Of a stretch of DNA of 32,000 nucleotides, positions 27,976-32,000 are shown in pieces. The position numbers and the translations under genes were made by a program. This DNA is from Nostoc sp. PCC 7120 = FACHB-418 (GTDB taxonomy: Bacteria; Cyanobacteriota; Cyanobacteriia; Cyanobacteriales; Nostocaceae): the NCBI RefSeq assembly GCF_000009705.1, contig NC_003272.1, positions 4,920,001 to 4,952,000 of the forward strand, read 5' to 3'. The notes beneath the pieces are model-generated. The model made no database searches, was not told where the DNA came from, and worked only from the letters and a program-made list of their open reading frames with translations. Position 1 is the first letter of the stretch, and every line of letters starts with the position of its first letter.

Positions 27976-29046
27976 TTATTTAAGAGGCACGGATTGACCG
28001 CCCTGTTGGAGAGATGTGGTTAGAGCAGAGAGAATTTTGACTAACTCTGTACCTACCCAACCAGAAGAAATGCTTGGGGGTATATTCTGGAGAACAGAAG
28101 TAATAAAGCGATCGCACACTCGTTGCAAAGGTTCGCCTGTTTTTAGCTCCAAAACTTCTTGGCTTTGATTCACAGGTAAAAATAGATTTCCTTGCCGTTC
28201 AAATTCGCCATGCAATAAAGTTAACTGTGATGATGGTGACATTTCATCAAAAATCAAAGTTCCAATGCTTCCTACCACCGCCAGGCGACGCTGTTTATCA
28301 TTATTCAACCAGCACAGGTGAATATAAGCTTTAAAACCATCTGGATAAGTTAGTGTTACCCAAACTAAATCGGCTAATCCGTTTGAATGTTGAGTAAGAA
28401 TTTCTTCCTCATTTCTCCCCTGCTGCCTGCCCCCTGCCTCTTTCCCCTCACCTTGCAGCCAAACCGTACCCGTCGCCTGTACACTTACAGGTACTTGACC
28501 TAACCAGTTGTTAAAGATGGCGATATCATGAATGGCTAAATCCCATAAGGCATCAACATCTTGACGGACAGGGCCTAAATGGGTGCGTGTAGCATAGCCA
28601 TAACGCAACTCGCCTAATTTACCAGCCTGGACGACAGTTTGTCCTTCCTCTACGGCTGGGTGAAATAAATAGGTGTGATCCACCATGAGTATTAATTGCC
28701 GTTGCTCTGCTAATTGGCAAAGTTCTTGACACTCTACGGGGTCTAGGGTTAGGGGTTTTTCTGCCAGAACATGATAGCCCTGAGCGAGAGCGTCTTTAAT
28801 TAAAGCATAGTGAGTGGTAGCTGGGGTGGCGATCGCTACTGCTGTTAATCCTGGCACTTTTTGTAAGTCAGACCAATCGGTGGTTAACAGGACATTTTCA
28901 GCTAACTTAAACTGCTGCTTGACTACCGCCAACCTCTCTGGATGGGGATCAACTATTGCCACAACCTCAGCTTGCGGATGTGCTAAAAAATTCCGCAACA
29001 AATGCACTCCCCAGCGTCCTACCCCGATAACAGCGATTTTAGTCAT
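27976..29046 (-). CDS. Gfo/Idh/MocA-family NAD(P)-dependent oxidoreductase
   Basis: 356-aa ORF. N-terminal Rossmann motif: MTKIAVIGVGRWG. The block VLAEKPL is present. It contains a low-complexity insert, GEGKEAGGRQQGRNEEE. Confidence 0.85.
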   Translation of the reverse strand: MTKIAVIGVGRWGVHLLRNFLAHPQAEVVAIVDPHPERLAVVKQQFKLAENVLLTTDWSDLQKVPGLTAVAIATPATTHYALIKDALAQGYHVLAEKPLTLDPVECQELCQLAEQRQLILMVDHTYLFHPAVEEGQTVVQAGKLGELRYGYATRTHLGPVRQDVDALWDLAIHDIAIFNNWLGQVPVSVQATGTVWLQGEGKEAGGRQQGRNEEEILTQHSNGLADLVWVTLTYPDGFKAYIHLCWLNNDKQRRLAVVGSIGTLIFDEMSPSSQLTLLHGEFERQGNLFLPVNQSQEVLELKTGEPLQRVCDRFITSVLQNIPPSISSGWVGTELVKILSALTTSLQQGGQSVPLK

Positions 29047-29098
29047 TGGTCATTGGTCATTAAAAACTGGTTTTTTATACACAGCTAAATAACAAAGT

Positions 29099-29348
29099 GA
29101 GTTCGACAAGTCTTTTTCGACCTCTCCCCCAGCCCCTCTCTCTTGAAAAGTTCTGATCGCCGGAAGCCGGCGCTCAGACTTTTCGCTCCGACGCGGAGAG
29201 GGGAGTCAAGAGCTAACATATGAACTAAAAATGGGGTTTTAAAGTATCTCTCCTTGCAGGGGAGAGGTACTCTCTACGAGAAGCGCTGAGTGCAAAGCAC
29301 ACGCTACGCGAACGCTCTATGGAGAGGGGTTTTTTAATCGTTGAACTC
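29099..29348. repeat. MITE-like block of nested inverted repeats
   Basis: The ends GAGTTCGAC (29099) and GTTGAACTC (29340-29348) are near-complementary. Inside there is a long imperfect palindrome, GAAAAGTTCTGATCGCCGG-AA-GCCGGCGCTCAGACTTTTC. The motif CCTCTCC / GGAGAGG(GG) recurs about 5 times on both strands (CCTCTCCCCC, CCCCTCTCTC, GGAGAGGGGAG, GGGGAGAGG, GGAGAGGGG). Confidence 0.45.
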
Positions 29349-29467
29349 CCGTTAATAAAAGATATGCTGCGTGAAATATCTCTTATGTTTGTTATTAGTT
29401 AATAGTCACTGGTAAATGATTAAGCGTCAATAGTTACGTGTAATTGCTTTTGACTATGGACTATAAA

Positions 29468-30196
29468 CTATTGATTAGCAATTTCTTCTGGAGGAGTGAT
29501 AGCCAAAAAGGCTACTTTGGCGGCGGCTTGTTCGGCGGCTTTGATAGAGCGTCCTTTGCCTTCACCGAGTTTGTTACCGTGTAACCAAACTTCGGCGGCG
29601 AAACGTTCTTGAGTGCGATTTGCTTGATTGATTTCGACGACTCGATATTCAGGTAAAACCTTAAATTGTGCTTGCGTCCATTCCTGTAGTGCGGCTTTGT
29701 AGTTGAGTCTGGCGGGGTCGAGGCGAATTTCGGCTGCTAGTTGGCGAAAGTGATGGTCTAACCAAGGGCGAATGAGTTCTAGATTAGAAGTGCTGAGATA
29801 AAGCGCACCTAAAACAGCTTCAAAAGCATCTGCCAATCGGGACTCTTGACCAATTTTGTCACTGGTGGCACTGCCAGCAACTAGTAAATGTAATTCTAAA
29901 CCATATTCTCTGGCTAATTGGGCGAGGATGCGATCGCTCACTAATACCGAACGAATTGCCGCAAAATCTCCCACAGGGCAATCAGGATAAGTCTCCCACA
30001 GCATCACAGCCGCCGCTAACCGCACCACCGCATCACCAACAAACTCCAACTGTTCATAATTAGCTGATTCAGACACAGTAGGATGAGTCAATGCTAAATC
30101 CAGCAATTCCCACTTAATGGGTGCTGTTATTGGCAGACCTAATTTTCTTACTAAACTTTCAAGTTGCCTCTGACGGCGGGGATACACAAGAGTCAT
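29468..30196 (-). CDS. rnc: Ribonuclease III
   Basis: 242-aa ORF. RNase III signature: EQLEFVGDAVVRLAAA. The second acidic block is DAFEAVLGALYL. The C-terminal dsRBD-like region reads GKGRSIKAAEQAAAKVA. Confidence 0.9.
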   Translation of the reverse strand: MTLVYPRRQRQLESLVRKLGLPITAPIKWELLDLALTHPTVSESANYEQLEFVGDAVVRLAAAVMLWETYPDCPVGDFAAIRSVLVSDRILAQLAREYGLELHLLVAGSATSDKIGQESRLADAFEAVLGALYLSTSNLELIRPWLDHHFRQLAAEIRLDPARLNYKAALQEWTQAQFKVLPEYRVVEINQANRTQERFAAEVWLHGNKLGEGKGRSIKAAEQAAAKVAFLAITPPEEIANQ

Positions 30197-30202
30197 TTGT
30201 TA

Positions 30203-30357
30203 GTTGTCAGTTGTCAGTTGCCAGTTGTCAGTTGTCAGTTGTCAGTTGTCAGTTGTCAGTTGTCAGTTGTCATTGGTCGTTTCTTTTGACTAGGGACTAA
30301 TGACTAATGACTATTGACTAATAACTAATGACTATCGACTAATGACTATTGACTAAA
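30203..30357. repeat. Two adjacent STRR heptamer arrays
   Basis: GTTGTCA x10 (one GTTGCCA variant) at 30203-30272 plus a degenerate unit. Nine units of the GACTAAT family lie at 30295-30357. Confidence 0.95.
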
Positions 30358-30360
30358 AGA

Positions 30361-30812
30361 GGAGAGAGTTGGTGGTAAGCCGGGTTCTGTTCTCTGTGTA
30401 AATTGCTTTACACGAGGGCGATTATCTATCTGGGACGTTTGTTACCAAACGCCTCTAGCGGCTCTCTGATAGCGGAACTGGTAAAAGACCAACCATAGTT
30501 CCTTCGGCCTTGCTCCCAACCGGGGTTTACCGAGCCAGTACCTCTCGATACTGCTGGTGCGCTCTTACCGCACCTTTGCACCCTTACCAAGAGTTGGGTA
30601 TTGGGTATGGGGGATTAGGGATTGGGAAGTTTCTTCCCCAGTCCCCAACCCCTAGTCCCCAGTCCCCAATCTTGGCGGTATTTTTCTGTGGCACTATCCT
30701 CACGATCGCTCGCACTGGACGTTATCCAGCAAGTCTGGTCTTTCGGGAGTCCGGACTTTCCTCAAATCAGTTAAGCTAACTGGTCTGCAACCGCCAACGC
30801 CTACTCTCTCCC
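30361..30812 (-). ncRNA. rnpB: RNase P RNA (bacterial type A) with STRR-built P12 arm
   Basis: The minus strand reads GGGAGAGAGU...GAGGAAAGUCCGGACUCC (P4 5' strand), GCCACAGAAAAAUACCGCC, GGUAAGGGUGCAAAGGUGCGGUAAGAGCGCACC and ACAGAACCCGGCUUA (P4 3' strand). P1 pairs GAGAGAGU with ACUCUCUC. Ends are accurate to a few nt. Confidence 0.9.
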
Positions 30813-30855
30813 TAGCTCCAGTGTAATCTTCGTTGGTGTCTTGTGTCTGTTTTGC

Positions 30856-31563
30856 TTATTTCTTTTTATTCCAGGGTAGGGCATAAGTCCAAGGTAGTTT
30901 TTTGATAGTGAAGGGACAATTAATAATGGATATGGGAGGAAATTCTGACCCAGGAACAAAACCTGCTCGTACTTTAGTTACCCGCAGTACTAGTTGTAGA
31001 GAAAAGTCTAACTCCTTACCTCTATTCATAAATTCGCCATACAATTTTTTCTGAGGTGGCCCGCCCTTTTGTAACCCTGTAATATTAATTAAGGGTTTTT
31101 TTGCTGAATAAGTGCCAGCTACCTGATCGCGCTCGAAGACATCTTCGGCTGTAATGGACTCTGTTAGTGTCTTTTTTGGAACGATTAAACTAGGACTTTG
31201 TGGTACAGCTAAGTCACGGGTTAAGTCTGGTGATTTTCTAATCACTCGCCGTGATTGTTTGGAATGCTCGACTACTAAAGAGCTATTATCCCAGTCTACA
31301 TAAATAGCGACATCATCAGATTTATTCTCAATGCTCATTGAGAGGTCTTTAACGTCATCATAGGAGTTAGAGGCTGCAAGTTTAAAGGATATGCCAATTT
31401 TGTCGTCGAGTTCTTGTTCTTTGAGTTGGTCATCTACTACGGATTTTTTAAACTCATATTTGATGCGATCATCAATGGCATCAACCATGCGATTAAATAT
31501 ATAAGATACACCAATAATATAGATTGTTAAGACAAGTAAATTTTGGTCAGTACTCCTAGTCAT
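30856..31563 (-). CDS. Hypothetical N-terminally membrane-anchored protein
   Basis: 235-aa ORF with a single N-terminal TM segment (LLVLTIYIIGVSYIF). The remainder is hydrophilic and mixed. No family recognised. Confidence 0.65.
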   Translation of the reverse strand: MTRSTDQNLLVLTIYIIGVSYIFNRMVDAIDDRIKYEFKKSVVDDQLKEQELDDKIGISFKLAASNSYDDVKDLSMSIENKSDDVAIYVDWDNSSLVVEHSKQSRRVIRKSPDLTRDLAVPQSPSLIVPKKTLTESITAEDVFERDQVAGTYSAKKPLINITGLQKGGPPQKKLYGEFMNRGKELDFSLQLVLRVTKVRAGFVPGSEFPPISIINCPFTIKKLPWTYALPWNKKK

Positions 31564-31625
31564 ACTTAACTATATAAACTCCATATAATAATTTTTCCTA
31601 CGTAACCCCTTGGCAACGTTCAATA

Positions 31626-32000
31626 TTAATCACGCTCAATCATAGAAGAATTTTCTAGCCAACCTCGTTTCCAAAATAAAAATAGTAATGCAAAAGCGAT
31701 CGCTCCCATAACTCCTAAGCACAGGGGGTAACCCCAATACCAGTTCAACTCAGGCATATTGTATGGCGATTTTTCCGTATTGAAATTCATTCCATATATA
31801 CCTGCAACAAAAGTTAGGGGAATAAAGATTGATGAAACCACTGTCAGTAGTTTCATAACTTCATTCATTTTGTTACTGACTGCTGACAAGTATACATCCA
31901 TCAATCCAGAGGCTAACTCGCGGTAGGTTTCCACCATATCCATGACTTGCACCGCATGGTCATAACAATCGCGGAGATAGATTTGCACCTCCGGGCTAAT
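31626..32000 (-). CDS. corA: CorA-family Mg2+/Co2+ transporter, C-terminal part (N-terminus beyond window end)
   Basis: The YGMNF (GMN) motif lies between two C-terminal TM helices. The frame stays open to the window edge (ISPEVQIYLRDCYDH...). Confidence 0.85.
   Translation of the reverse strand: MSPEVQIYLRDCYDHAVQVMDMVETYRELASGLMDVYLSAVSNKMNEVMKLLTVVSSIFIPLTFVAGIYGMNFNTEKSPYNMPELNWYWGYPLCLGVMGAIAFALLFLFWKRGWLENSSMIERD

Noticed and set aside
30203-30357. Tandem repeats as a CRISPR array
   Set aside because: The unit is 7 nt with no spacers, there are no cas genes in the window, and the pattern matches cyanobacterial STRR sequences.
30510-30779. 89-aa plus-strand ORF
   Set aside because: It lies entirely inside the RNase P RNA gene on the opposite strand. 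Its low-complexity product derives from the STRR P12 repeats.

Overview
The window looks like chromosomal DNA from a filamentous, heterocyst-forming cyanobacterium (Nostoc/Anabaena type). I count about 27 copies of the HIP1 octamer GCGATCGC and many heptameric STRR arrays. There is also an RNase P RNA gene whose P12 arm is built from STRR heptamers. Most of the window is ordinary housekeeping and signalling content. It includes endonuclease V, a HIT protein, a ComM/YifB ATPase, an S41 peptidase, ChaB, a type-II NADH dehydrogenase, a HAD hydrolase and two tandem hybrid histidine kinases. It also includes a LysR regulator, a Psb32-like TPM protein, a RibD-C reductase, a Gfo/Idh/MocA oxidoreductase, RNase III, rnpB and a partial CorA. 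There are two mobile elements. The first is a decayed IS982-family IS (about 147-1251) whose transposase is broken by a perfect 88-bp tandem duplication plus a 1-nt frameshift. The second is a 1359-bp TnpB-only IS200/IS605 element (24643-26001) inserted immediately 3' of TTAC inside a Cache-type sensor kinase gene. Its boundaries can be read to the nucleotide, which predicts the TAM and the omega-RNA guide. The most unusual observations are these: (a) tnpB has 361 consecutive codons free of TTA/CTA/TCA, which leaves a codon-aligned antisense frame open (a 349-aa ORF in the track); (b) two co-oriented FHA-domain genes, one fused to a zinc ribbon and one to a flavoprotein; (c) an orphan protein with a TIR-like C-terminal half; (d) rnpB and rnc are co-oriented and separated only by two partly complementary STRR arrays. 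I found no CRISPR array, tRNA or rRNA. All functional calls rest on motif recognition by eye and no searches were run.
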